Origin: Camelus dromedarius
Taxonomy: Eukaryota
Length of the DNA: 64,000 nt
Direction of reading: 5' to 3'
Assembly (NCBI RefSeq): GCF_036321535.1
Contig: NC_087437.1
Coordinates: forward strand, 15,936,001-16,000,000
Positions 50,317 through 63,072 of the stretch are shown in pieces. Position numbers and translations under genes: made by a program. Under the pieces are notes generated by a model. The model was given only the letters and a program-made list of their open reading frames with translations, had not been told where the DNA came from and searched no databases. Position 1 is the first letter of the stretch. Each line of letters begins with the position of its first letter.

Positions 50317-51149
50317 ATTCCAAGACTATGTTGAGTAGAAGTGGTGAGAGTGGGCATCCTTGTCATGTTTGGTGGGAATGCTTTCAGTTTTTCACCATTG
50401 AGTATTATGCTGCCAGTGGGCTTATCACAAATAGCTTTTATTATGTTGAGATTTGTTCCATCTATACTCACTTTGGTAAGAGTTTTTATCGTAAATGGGG
50501 GTTGATTTTTGTCAGATACTTTTTCTGCATCTATTAGATGATCATGTAATTTTTGTCCTGTCTTTTGTTGATATGGTGTATCACATTGATTGATTTGAGT
50601 ATGTTGAAAGAACCATCCTTGTGTCCCTGGGATGAATCCAGCTTGATCATGGTATATGATCTTTTTTATGTGCTGTTGGATTCTTTCTGCTAATATTTTG
50701 TTGAGGATTTTTGCATCTATGTTTATCAATGATATTGACCTGTAATTTTCTATTTTGGAAGTGTCTTTATCTGGTTTTGGTATCAGAGTGATGGTGGCTT
50801 CATAGAGTGAGTTTGGGAGTACTCCTTTTCAGTCTTTTGGAAGAGTTTGAGAAGGATTGGTATGAGTTCTTCTTTGTATGTTTGTTAGAATTCCCTGGAT
50901 TTTGGTTTGTAGGGAGGCACTATATATAATAGCCAAGATGTGGAAACAGTCTAAATGTCCATCAACAGGTGAGTGGATAAAGAAATTGTGGTATATTTAT
51001 ACAATGGAATACTACTCAGCCATAAAAAAGAATAAGATATTGCCAGTGCAGCAACATGAATGGACCTTGAGATCATCATTCTCAGTGAAATAAGCCAGAA
51101 AGAGAAAGAAAAATACCATATAATAACACTCATATTTGGAATCTAAAAA

Positions 51150-51202
<53 letters not shown>

Positions 51203-51530
51203 CTAATGAACTCATCTACAAAACAGAAACAGACTGACAGACATAGTAAACAATCTTATGGTTACTGGGAGAAAAGGAGTGGGAAGGGATAAATTTGTTT
51301 GGGAGTTTGAGATTTGCAAATGTTAGCCACTATATAAAATATAAATATAAAAATAGATTAAAAAACCAAGTTTTTTTCCATATAGCATAGGGATCTATAT
51401 TCAATATCTTGTAATAATCGTTAATGAAAAAGAACATGAAAACAGATTTATATGTGTATCTGCCTGACTGAGACATTGTGCTGTACACTAGAAGACACAT
51501 TGTAACTGACTGTACTTCAATTTAAAAAAA
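50317..51530 (+). mobile_element. Young L1 with 5' inversion; 13-bp TSD aagaattaaagga; inverted part is the ORF2 RT region
   Basis: TSD at 50304-50316 and 51531-51543. Minus [36 protein letters not shown] is L1 RT; plus ORF IAKMWKQSKCPSTGEWIKKLWYIYTMEYYSAIKKN is the ORF2 C-terminus; poly(A) tail; (GT)n(AT)n at ~51150-51198. Confidence 0.92.
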
Positions 51531-53049
51531 AAGAATTAAAGGAGTTGCGCCAAAGTTTCTTAGTAACCCTTCTGTCCTTTACTAATAGCCACTCAAACTA
51601 ACAAAATGTTACCAGTTTCACTCAAGAATGCCCTTGATGAAGCAGTTGAAGTTAACAGATTTTTTTTTTTAAAGTCTTGATTCTTTAGTTCATGTCCTTT
51701 TAATATTCTGTGTGATGAAATGGTAAGTTCAAATAAAAAACTTCTGCTGCTGAAGTATCATGCTTGTCTCAAGGAGAAGCACTCATGATTATTTAAGTTG
51801 CAGGCTGAACTAGCCACTTTTTTCATGGAACATCATTTTTTTTTTTTTTTTACTTGAAAGAACAACAGACATACAGATTATGGCTATTCAGATGTGGATA
51901 TTTGGCAGAGATTTTCTTGACAATGAAAGGAGCAAGCTTATCATTCCAAGGAAAACAGTTGGAAATAGTGGTTGCTAGTGATAACGGTAAAATTTGAGCT
52001 TTCAAGTGAAAATTAGAGTTTTGGGAAACTTGACAGTTTCCCATTATTTTAGAGATTATACTTTAATGAATATAGTTTTTTTTTTTAATACTGTATGATG
52101 TGTCAGTTTTGGAAGGCCTGCATAATTCATTGTACTGATATTTATATGCCAAATGACTAGTATGTGACTAAATCAAACATAAGTGAAAGTTCCATGAAAA
52201 ATTCAAAATAGACAAGTGTGTTTTAATGCAATATTAATGCAAAATTTTCTTTGTTTAGGTGTAGGATTTTACATTTGCAACTCAACTTCCTGATTTTTGC
52301 TGTAGTATTAAGGAATAGCCTCAGTTATCTGAAAAGGCTACTCCAGTGCCTTTCCCTCTTCCAGCTACATGTCTGTGTGAGGTAGATTTAATTCATATAT
52401 TTCAACCAAAATAATGTATAACATCAGGTGGAATGCAGAAGCACAAGTGTGGATCCAGCTGTCTTCTGCTGAACCGAACTTAAGGAGATTTGAAAAACTG
52501 TAAAGCAATGCCAGTCTTCTCACTTTGGTTGAAAATATAGTTATTTTTCATAAAATATGTTATTTGTGTTCACATGTAATGAGTCCATTGTCGGGGTTCT
52601 CAATAATTTTTAAGATTGTAAAAGGACATTGAGCCCCCCCCCCAATTTGAGAACAGCTCCTCTAGCACATGCTTTGCTCTTTCTGAACTATAGTCCTACC
52701 TGCATTTATTGTAATTATTGTTGTATGTGCCTCATTCCCTCCATGGACATATAAGCTCACTGAGAACAGCTTATTATTTGTGTTTGTATCCCCAGTGACC
52801 AGCACATGGCAGGGCAGGTGGTAGATGTTTGGTAAATATTTAATGAATGGGTTGATGAATGTTAGATTGTCTCTCCATCTATAAAAGTGGGATCTGTTGG
52901 CGCAGATCACCTGAAATGATATCAGGTTATGACTTCAAACTCTACTATCCAAGAGACCTGGGTTCCCATCGACACCTTCCCCCTTGGCATCTGTGTAGTA
53001 ATTAGAGTAAGTTACTTGATTTCTAGTCTAAGGAATTCATCCTCCGGTG

Positions 53050-53180
53050 GAGAAATACAGATTCTCCAGCCCCAGCCCAGAATTACTGAATCAGAAACTC
53101 TGGAAGTGGGTCCCGCCATTCAGGTTGTAACAGGGTCTCCAAGTGATTCTGATGCACCTTGAAAATTTGAAAACTTCTGA
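53050..53180. mobile_element. MER5A-like hAT MITE fragment
   Basis: cagattctccagccccagcccag...tactgaatcagaaactctgg...gtgattctgatgca...tttgaaaacttctg. Confidence 0.8.
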
Positions 53181-54140
53181 CTGCCTTTTTCCTTCTATAA
53201 AATGGATGATGGAAGTCTTATTCCTGAGGACGCTGACAGATCACATGAGATGATACCCATAAGGAGCTTAGCAGTAGCAATGCCTCAACACTCAGTGAGC
53301 AGGACCTGATTTCATTTGAAAGGACAAGGAAACCTGAACTGTTTTACGTCTCACTGGACCACTTCCTCATCCACAGCCCCAGCCCTGGCTCATATTCTGT
53401 GGTCTCGAGCTCAGGGTGAGGAGTGTGGCTGAGTTGGAGAGAGGGCAGAGGGGTCCAGGAGGCCAAGGAGGGATGGTGTGCAGCCAGCCGCTTGAGCCTT
53501 CTGCCCCCCTCTTCCTCCTTGACAAAAGTCTGCTGACCTTTAACCCTGCAGGTTCACTAGTCCTACCTTAGGAGAGACAGTGCACAGCAGTTCAGTGAAT
53601 TCCAAGAGAGGTGGTGATGGAGGGAGAGAGAGGAAGAGGAGTGACAGCTCAGAGAGAGGTCGACAGAGGAGACGTGCTGGGCAGATGAGCGCAGGTCACC
53701 TTTGCAGATGGCAGCTGGGACGCAGAAGGTGAGATGCTGTCATTCCAAACTACAGCTTGACGAAAGGAATGAATCAGCGCCTTGGCAGGCAGGTACCTGA
53801 GCTTCCCGTGTCACACTCTGTCTTATCAGAGGCCCCATTCCTGCGACCCTATTCAAGGTCCATTGACATCTGTAAGTCCTCTCGTTAATTGGAAACGCAT
53901 TGAACTGCACAGGCAGCAAAAGCCCATTGAGGGTCCAAGGCTAACCCTTAACTCTTCACTGCCTACAGCTCTCAGCTTTGGGTACCCGAGCCCTCCGGGA
54001 GCAGGATGCTTCCTCTCTGGCACACAGATTCATTCAGTCATTCACTGATTCACTTGCTCATTCATTTCCCTTGTTCACTTGTTCCTTCCCTTAACAAATG
54101 TTTATTCACATCCTTGAGGCAGCCTCTTTTCACTCTAGCC

Positions 54141-54343
54141 CAGTGGTTCTTAAACAGAAGAGGCAATTTTTCCCCTCTTCCCCTCTGGGGAACTTTTGTC
54201 TTTTGATGGTCAAAATGGGAGGCTATGTGGGCACATAGGGGTAAAGATGATGCCACGAAACATCCTGTGATGTGCAGGACAGCTTCCCACAGTGAAGAAC
54301 TATTTGGCCCCAAATGTCAATAGTGTTGAGGTCAAGAACCCTG
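54141..54343 (+). mobile_element. MER20 (hAT-Charlie)
   Basis: cagtggttct...aaacatcctgtgatgtgcaggacagc...ccaaatgtcaatagtg...gaaccctg. Confidence 0.85.
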
Positions 54344-57300
54344 TGCTAAATGGAAGATGGCTATTCCAGGGTTACTAGGGGAGTGAGTAGGTGATGGAGA
54401 CAGCAGATCTCGACCTCCGTTGTCAAGGTGAAGAACTAGACTATGGAATGAGGCTTGAAGAGGGAGCCTTGGGAAACTGAAGACTGTTCTCTTTAAGAGT
54501 CAGTGCAGGACGAGAGCTCTAGTACTGGGGAAGGCAGGTTGAGGTCCCGGGGAGGGAGAGAAGGATGCTTCCTTTAGTCTGTCCCTTGAGGCTCCCTTTG
54601 AGTTGTAGAAAGCCTCTCCTCTCCCCAAAGGCCCTGGACCTCAGGCGGTATCCTGGAACATAATGGGAGCAGAGTAACTAACTTGTCACCACATCCACCA
54701 CGCCATGCACACGGAGGAGCCTGGTCACAGTGCTGGGCAGTGGGCATTATGTTCCTGGGCCCCCGGCCTCCACACCAGGGCTGCGGGGTCCTTGATTATG
54801 AGGCCATTGTATCTTCCATTTCTCCCAGCTCCATGCTGCCTCAAGTGAGCGTCTGTCTCAGGAGATGATGGAATAGCTCAGATGCCCCAACAATAGTTGC
54901 TTCACTCCTGTTTCCTCCCTCTGTGGGCTTGGTTCTAAGTACGCATTTCTGGAAGGTGTGGGGACCTGTCGAGCTAGAGTTCTAGCCCCATGGATGCTTC
55001 TTTACAGGCTCAAAAGTAGTCCATCACTCTGGAGAAGGTGGCTCTGGACATCATGGTCCACTAGCTTTTTGGGGATCTAAATGGAGCAGCTTTGGGCCAG
55101 ATTCTCTGTGGGGATAGATACAGGAATTCAGGGCTCACAGACTAACTTTTGGACCTTTGAACTCTTGGTGCTTGGAGAACTGCTCTTCCTGCTTGGAGAA
55201 CTGCTTGGGACAAAAGCTGGCTGGTCCTTGAGTTCACAGTGTCTTTCTGCTGTGAGCTTCCTGTGGTACCCCAGGACAAGCACCCCAAGGGGATCCCCCC
55301 AAGGGAGTGAAGCCTGCTGCCCTCTTCCATTTGAACTTCCCCAGCCAATGCGTTCCCTTTGGAATTTAAGCTCTTGTGCAGTGGGTTTCTTGTGACTGGC
55401 GTTTGAACTGACAAAAAGCACTGACTAAGAATGAATTAGAGGGAGCGATACAGGGACGAGTGCACGCCGTCGTGTTTGTGTGACTGCCGTGGGTGGCTAA
55501 TGGAGAGTCTTCGAGGATGAGATTCTGAGGCTTTTGCCTTACATGCTGACTTGAATGGCTAACCTTCGAGTTAGATGTTTTCTCCTGTGAAACCACTGGA
55601 AACGCAATGACCATCTACAGCCATTGTGAATTCTGTAAAAGAGAAGATACCTTAACCCAACCTCCCAAAGTGGCAAGGATAGAATAAAAGACTGTCCTTT
55701 TGATGAAAATGAACTTACCTTTGTTAAAACGTATTGCATTGTTCATATTTTGGTCATCACACTGCAGATTAACAATCAAGGTCGTGGGCACTGTCTTCCC
55801 AGGGCCATCCTCTCCCCAGGGGAAAGTGTGTGCCCTTTGATTACGAGGGGGTGGTGTCTGCTTCTTGCAGCTTCGGGCCTCCCCTCATTCATGACCGTTG
55901 GCCTCAGAACCTCTGATCCACTTAAGGCTGATGATGGAGTAACTCCAATATCCAACCACCAAGTGTATTTGGGTCTTTTTATCCTTTGCTGTTTCCAGGG
56001 CTCTATTATCTTGGAGAATGGCCAAAAGGAAGGGAAATAAGGAATCTGACAAGCTAGACTGAACAGGGTCACTTCATTGCAGCCCACCCTTCCTCTGGGT
56101 CTGGGTCCTAACCACCTCCACTTCTTCCCAAAGCGTATTTATTTATTTTTTTGAAAAACAAGGTAGACAAGGGCACCAAGGTAGTTATTCCCTAACAATA
56201 ACTGCCCCCAACCCCACCCCCTGCCAGCCTCCTCCCTATCTCTCCATTAATGACTTAGTCCCTTGGAAGTTTCCCCTCAGAAATTTAGAAATGGCTCAAG
56301 CAATAGCTATCATCTTTCTAAATCATTTTGGATCATAGCTTCAAGATTGATTAACACCTTCTCTCCTGTTTCTCCCCACCTGCAGGCATCTTTGAGAGCA
56401 ACACTCTGAAAAGATGACAACAGTAGGGACCTACGTAATTCATAAATGGCTTTGACTGTGTGGGTTTTGATGAGGCAATATGGAAGATGATTGCATTAAG
56501 CATTGCTATTTATTTACTTGACTTTGTACAGGACCATCAATTTGTTCCCATTCCGTGCCTCCTGTCAGGAAGTTAAACGGCCGAGAAGGCAGGCTGGATG
56601 CATTACCTCATTGCTCTAAGAGATGCTGTCACTTCTCAAATCGCTTTAGATTGTTTTTAATAACAGCATCTTTCATTCCTGTCCACCGAGGAGGTGGAGA
56701 GTCTCCCTCTGCAGAGAACAGGACGCTGAGGATGGTGAGGTCCAACCAGGAAACGATGAGCTCATTTTGCCTTGAACTCTATGGAAATTCTGTTTCCTGG
56801 GTCAGGTATCAGCAATTTCATGCAGGTCAACCTAATAGTTTCACACATGCCTTTGCCAGGATGGAGTTCATCTGTACTGGGAAGGAAGGAATAGGTCCTA
56901 GGTGAGCATTTAGGAAAAAAAATCCCAATCCTTGTAGAGACAGCTGGTCAGTATTCGGCCCTGGTCATGGCAGACATCACACTAGGGTTATGTAAAAAGA
57001 TGGCAGGTCAGAGGCTGAACGGGATGGGCCTCATGGGGCAGTGCCTGCATCTCTGGTGTGTGTTGATTGAATATTTTTGGAACCTCTGGAAAATTGATCA
57101 GAGTGATAGATAGTGCCTTCAAGATGGCCTCTGAGTTTGAATAAGCTCTGGAAATCAGGCTTCTGGGTTTAAGGAAAAGGCTGGGTAGAGAAAGAGAAGA
57201 AAAAGAAAAAGTTTGTGTTTGATTTAAGAGGTGAAGAGTGGAAGAGGGAAGTTTCTTAAACACTGGCTTGAATATGAGTTTAGGCTCTTGTCAGCTCTGT

Positions 57301-57363
57301 AGCCTGGTCATGGTGTCTCCCAGGACTGGGTTTTTTCTTCATCTATAAAACCATAAGATTAGT

Positions 57364-57748
57364 TTGATGGTTACTTTTTACTCTGTCAACTTGGCTAGGC
57401 CACGGTATCAGATACTTGGTCAGATATTATTCTCGGTGTCTCTGTGAAGGTTTTTTAAGATGAGATTAACATTTAAATCAGTGGACTTTGAAACAAATTA
57501 CCTTCCATAATGAGGGTGGGCCTCATCTAATCAGTTGAAGACATATATTTTAAAAAAAGACTGACATCCCCCAAGAAAGAGAGGATTCTGCTAGTAGACT
57601 GCCTTTGGACTTGAATCCTTACTCTCCTCTAGGTGTTCATTCTCTAGGGAAATATTAGCTCTCCCCTTCTGGCCTATCTGGCATATTTTGGACTTGCCAG
57701 CTTCACAACTGCATGAACCAATTCCTCAAAATCATTGTCGCTGTCTCT

Positions 57749-57797
<49 letters not shown>

Positions 57798-57835
57798 CGC
57801 ACACACACACTTTACTGGTTCTCTGAACAGCTCTG
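57364..57835 (+). mobile_element. ERVL LTR, MLT2B/D-like, containing (CA)n at ~57753-57810
   Basis: tgatggtta...tgtcaacttggctaggccac...gatgagattaacatttaaatcagtggacttt...gggtgggcctcatctaatcagttgaag. Confidence 0.85.
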
Positions 57836-58701
57836 AAAGCTCTACAGTGGATAAAACAATGTTCAAGTTATCCCACTCATTCATTCACGGCTGAGGCATC
57901 TCCTCTGGGTCTGCCCTGGCACAAGGTACCTTGACATTAACTTAACCTCTAGGAGTCCACACCTGTCTCATCGACTGCTAGGTCCCCAGTTCCCTGCATG
58001 GCACCTAGCTCACAATTTGTTCTATTACTTTTTCTTTTTAAGCCCTTAAATTTGGGGTCCCAGAGGAGTGGGGCTTGGCTGGGAACTGGAGCAGAATGAA
58101 GGTGGAACAAAAAGATGGATGCAGTGCCTTCAGAGACCTGGGAAGCCCGGTGTGGAGGGGAAAATTCAGAGAGCTCCAGGGAGATGCTAGAAAGGTCTGG
58201 ATGGACATGCTGTGGACTCTGCATCTTGCTTCACTCTGCCCTGCAGGGCACAGATGGCCTCACACACGGGTGAAGGAGGGTGATGACCTTGGAGCGTGGC
58301 CAGCTCAACCCACCATTGTTGTACCAATAACCCCGATCACCTGTGGGGAGCCTGAGACTTTCCACGGTGCTAGCTGGCAGGGCCGTTAGCTCATCGGATT
58401 TATTATAAAAGATTTACATTATATACATATTTATTGTTCTTTTTTTCCAGACGCAACACAATTTCCACAAACACTGCATATTTATTCCTTATAACTCAAA
58501 TTTATTATAGATTCAATTTTCTTTTTCTCTGCATGGGTCTCATCCTCTCCTTTCTGAGTATTTACCTGATTTTAGAAAAAGGCATCCATTTATTCTGATG
58601 TATCTCATTTCCTTACGCCTCCTTATGCCTTACGTCCTGCAGAATATGCCTCTGGCTCTCACTTTTCACTTTTGTTCAAGTAAATTAAATATTTTAATAT
58701 A

Positions 58702-59112
58702 CAGTTGGCCCTTTGTATCTGCAGGTTCTCCATCCATGGATTCAATCAACCATGGATCAAAAATATCTGGAAAAAAAATTCCAGAAAGTTCAAAAAGCAA
58801 AACTTGAATTCGTCATGCACTGGCAACTATTTACATAGAGTTTACATTGTATTTACAACTACTTACATAGCATTTAAATTATATTAGGTGTTATACACGG
58901 AAGAATATATATGTATATAACTGAATCACTATACTGTACACCAGAAATTAAGACAACATTGTAAATCAACTATGTTTCAATAAAAAAAATGGGAGGATGT
59001 GAATTGGTTATATGCAAATACTACATTTTGTATAAGGGATTTGAGAATCTGCTGATTTTGGTATCTGCGGGGCTCCTGAAACCAATCCCCTGCAGTATCT
59101 GACGGATGACTA
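58702..59112 (-). mobile_element. MER2B (TcMar-Tigger), TA flanked, with an ~95-bp sense L1 tail at ~58896-58989
   Basis: ta|cagttggccctttgtatc...ttccagaaagttcaaaaagcaaaacttgaatt...aaccaatcccc...gatgacta|ta; colinear with the 14269-14584 copy. Confidence 0.88.
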
Positions 59113-62100
59113 TAGAATTAACAGATGCCTACTGTCAAAAATTTGAAAACTTAAACATAATAAAGATGTAGGCAAAATATTACCCATAATCCTGTTAGTA
59201 TTTTGGTATGTTTGCTTTAACTTTCAGCCTCGTTGTCTGGTTCATTATCATTTTGAACCTAACAGTCTAGTCCAAGCATTTTGATGTAAAACATCACGAG
59301 CCTCCTTTTTAATGGCTGTCCATTTGGCAGTCTACCTTTGGGTATCATATCATATGGAAAACAGTTTCTGCAATGCTGGACATTTGGTTTGTATCTGCTT
59401 TTCATAAAATGATACTTAGCACTTGCAAGAACATATTGTACCTGGCTCTCCGTCCGTCTTCTGGGGGACATGTGTCGGGAAGACTCGATCACGTGCTGGC
59501 CCACATCCTCCGCGCACTCCCGCGGGCCAGCCCCTGGGCTCGGCGCTGCCTGGTCGCTTCTGAAGCAGCCTGATGGAATTGCTGCCACAACTCCCACTTT
59601 TCAAAGATGAGAACACCAGGATACAAGGAGATTCAGTGACTGGGACCTGTCTGTGATCGCTGCTCAGTCGGCCAGCGGCAGAGCCCCCTTTGAGGGTGGA
59701 CGGGGTCATGCGGTCAGGGCTTGGCACCAGCCCACCCGTGGTAGGTGTCCACCAGGGGTGCCCGCTGTCATTTCTGTGGTGGGATCTCCTCTTCTCCACC
59801 TCCTGCTTTCTCCATTTTTCTTCCTGTCCTGTGGCCTAGAGGACAAGGAAGCAGGAAACACACAGCGTCTGCCCAGGGCTCTTCCCCCCCGGGTCTCCCT
59901 CACACCACTCCTGTCCCAGCCCAGCGTTCGGTAACCGGGCACTGATAGCCCAGCCATCAGATGCCCACGCCCTGGGGAAAGAGCAGTGTCACTTGCAAGC
60001 CCAGACCAGTGGCCATGGTACCAGGAGACCTGCACATCACTGTGGGGCCTCCAAAGCCCCCACAGGGCAGGCAGCCACCACTGCACACAGCAGGGCGAGG
60101 CTCCCTCCTGCAGGGCTGCTGCCCATGCTGGCATGCTCACCCCAGGCTGGCCTTCACACCCCTCCTCCTCTTTAGATGGAGAAGTCCTCCCAGGCCCGCC
60201 CCAGAATGCACCGCCCAGCAGGCCTGCGGGCTCCTCAGAGCCTCCAGAAGGGCCTGTCCTAGGCAGAGCTGATGTGATGCTCTGTGTTCTGCATCCGAGG
60301 CAGCAGGAGACAAATGAAGGTGTGCTGATGGTGCCCCAGGGCACTTCTGAACAAAGGCAGGGCCACACCCAGGCAGACCTGAGATGGTGACATCAAATCC
60401 AGAACTGGGAGAAAGAAGTTAAATTCTGTCTTTCTATTCTCTTTTGGTCTCATTAGATTTCCAACAGATTTCATGCTTCCAAATGCATTTGCCACATGGA
60501 GATGCTTGAGGCTTCTCCGAGGCTTTGCAGATGGGCAGGAGGGGAGGAGGGAGCTGCCGTGTGGTGGGTGGCTCGGCCCTGGGAGCAAGGCTGCTGGCAA
60601 ACAGGAGGCCTGTGGAGTATGGACTGGGAGAGAGGACATGAGCCCCAGGGGCCATCACCAGGTTGGGAGAACATTCCTGGCAAAGTGGCAGACCCAGGGT
60701 GTCCACCCCTCCCATGCAGGCTGAGAGAAGGACATGCAATTATGCAGAGTGAAGAGACTGGGAGTCCTCTCTGGACTGGCTCGGTGACCCCCAAGGGAGT
60801 AATCACTGGGTACCTCGGAGAAGCCATCAGACCCCACGCATGCATGTCGTAGCCACGTCCTTCCTGCTGCCTTGGATCCCAGGAGTAGGCGAGGCAGGGG
60901 ATGGGGAAGGAGCCAGTGCAGGCTTAGAGGTGTCCTTGCTACACACGTGGGCTCCAGGGGCCTCGTGCAGTCCAGGGTGTCTCTGGAGAGAGTCCTTTCC
61001 AGCAGGAGTCCCTGAATGAAGAAGGCTTATGGAAGAGGAGGCCAAAGAGCAAGAGGCCACAGGCGGGAGGGATCTGGGGGCAGGTGAACGGGATGGAGAG
61101 CAGGCACCATGGGCCAGGCCCTGAGCGCCCAGCGTCCGGAGGCTGGTTCCTGTCCTACCCCAGGGGTAGTGCCGCTTATCTCTCCTTTACTTTTCCCTCT
61201 GCCCCTCTCTCGCCCCACTTTGTAATTTTCCTCCCCTTTGAGGAGGTTCTGGTATGGCCTACCAGTGGGGTTATCAAGTCCTCCAGACCCCAGATCCCCC
61301 AACCCCCAGCCCCATGCGTTCCTTCAACCTCCCTCCAGGACCCATGGAGGACCGCGGTCCCTACTGTGCGTTCCTTCTGTGATGCTTGCCAGCCCCCCGC
61401 CCCCGTCCTGCCTCGTTTCCCTGAGACTGGGCAGTCTGAGTGCGGGCTGGCTCCCTTGTCCAGCTCTCAGAGGTGTTCTGCCCCCCCGCCCCCTGGGCTT
61501 CGGTCACTCTTTTTTCCTTGCAGGTTTTCTGAGAGTAGTGACCACATTTTCTAATCTCAAAGTCAGATTCCTTGATACTGTGCACTTGTACATATGCACA
61601 TGTCTATACATCCAGGTCTGCTGTATATGTTAGTGTACGTGTGTCGGTAGAGATGCCCCAGATCAGGTCCTTTGCTGCCTTTATTGGAGCCCCGATGACC
61701 TTGGCTGCGGGGCTGAGCCCCCGCCTGCTCGGGCACTGTGCTTTGTCTTTTAGGATGCTTCACTTTTAGCTCCCTTATTTTAGGGAGTTCATTTTTCTCT
61801 CTCAACTGGAAAATTACATTTGATCAGCTGTAGAGAGCTATCAGATACTGAAACATCGGGATTTTGCCCAGGAGGTGGCCCCTCCAAAGCTGGCATGCGT
61901 TCTCTGGGATGAGACAGGACTCATGGGGGACACATCGGGGCCCCGGGAGCAGGGAGTCAGGCAGCCAGGGCACTGGTGCAGATGGGGAGAGAGAGGACTG
62001 AAGCAGCCAGAGGGCCCCACTGTGCTGCACGCTGGAGCCCCAAGCTTCTGGGTTTGGGCCGGTGCCTTGTGTCTACCTCGCTGTCTCCCTCACTTGTCTG

Positions 62101-62862
62101 CTCTTAATCTCACTTGATGAATGTGGCGAAAGGTGAATCAAGTGCCCTTGTGGCAGCACTGATGTCCACCCCTCTGCGCTGGGGCGTACTGTGAGTGGGA
62201 ATGGGGGGGTGGCCTGCCTGGCGGGCAGTGGGCTCCGCCCTCTCCTCCTCTCCCCCTCCCCCGCTGCCTGTGGCCCCTCCACGCCCTGGAGAGCGGGAAG
62301 GCCCGGCCACAACAGGGGCTTCCGCGCTAGCTTGTCTTCACCGCTGTTCCGGATCTCCTGGGCACAGCTCTCCTGCTGGCGTGTAAACAGAGTCCAAGCA
62401 GCGTCTCTGAGCCTCTGCTCACATCCAGCTACCAGGAGGGCGTGCGTCAGTCTGCAGCCCTGCAGGTCCTCCCACCACCTACTCAGCCCGTCCTTAGGCG
62501 TCAGCCCAGGCTCCAGAACTCCTGAGCTGCTGCTGCCGCTTGCCCGTGGCCGGCATCTACAGCTCCACCTGCGCCTTCAGCACCGGCCACCCTGCATCGC
62601 CCTTTGGCTCAGCTTTGGCATCTCCTACCTATGTCTAGAGAGTGCTTGTTCCTTTAATGGATGTGGAAAGGGGTCCATGGTTGTAAGGATGTGGGAGGGC
62701 TCTTCTCTGCGGGCTCCTGAGACCTTCATATCCCAGGATGCTTCTTAAGACTCCAGTAAGGAGGTGTAGTATGAACCTTCTTCTCAACTTACGTGAGCAC
62801 AGGAAGCTACTCTCCTTGGAACACCCAAGGGCACCTCCCCGAGTACAGTTTGGGAGAAGCAG

Positions 62863-63072
62863 TTTTTTTTGTAACTGATGTATGGTCGATTTACAATGTG
62901 GTGTTAATTTCTGGTGTACAGCATAGTGATTCTGTTATACATACATATATATATATTCCTTCTCATCTTCTTTTTCATTATAGGCTATTACAAGGTATTG
63001 AATATAGTTCCCTGTGCTCTACAGTGCGACCTTGTTATCTATCTATTTTATATATAGTAGTGTGTGTCTGCA
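62863..63072 (-). mobile_element. Young L1 3' terminal fragment (~210 bp)
   Basis: T tail followed by gatttacaatgtggtgttaatttctggtgtacagcatagtgatt...gaatatagttccctgtgct. Confidence 0.88.

Larger units (their letters stand above)
49794..52659 (+). mobile_element. Charlie1/Charlie1a (hAT) DNA transposon, interrupted by two L1 insertions
   Basis: Terminal tctcaaagtgtgctcc and tttgagaacagct. Decayed transposase sequence: ccagtttcactcaagaatgcccttgatgaagcagt, tacttgaaagaacaacagac, gagctttcaagtgaaaattaga. Confidence 0.85.

Noticed and set aside
55169..55205. 16-bp direct repeat tgcttggagaactgct with period 21
   Set aside because: Only two copies; an ordinary slippage duplication, not an array.
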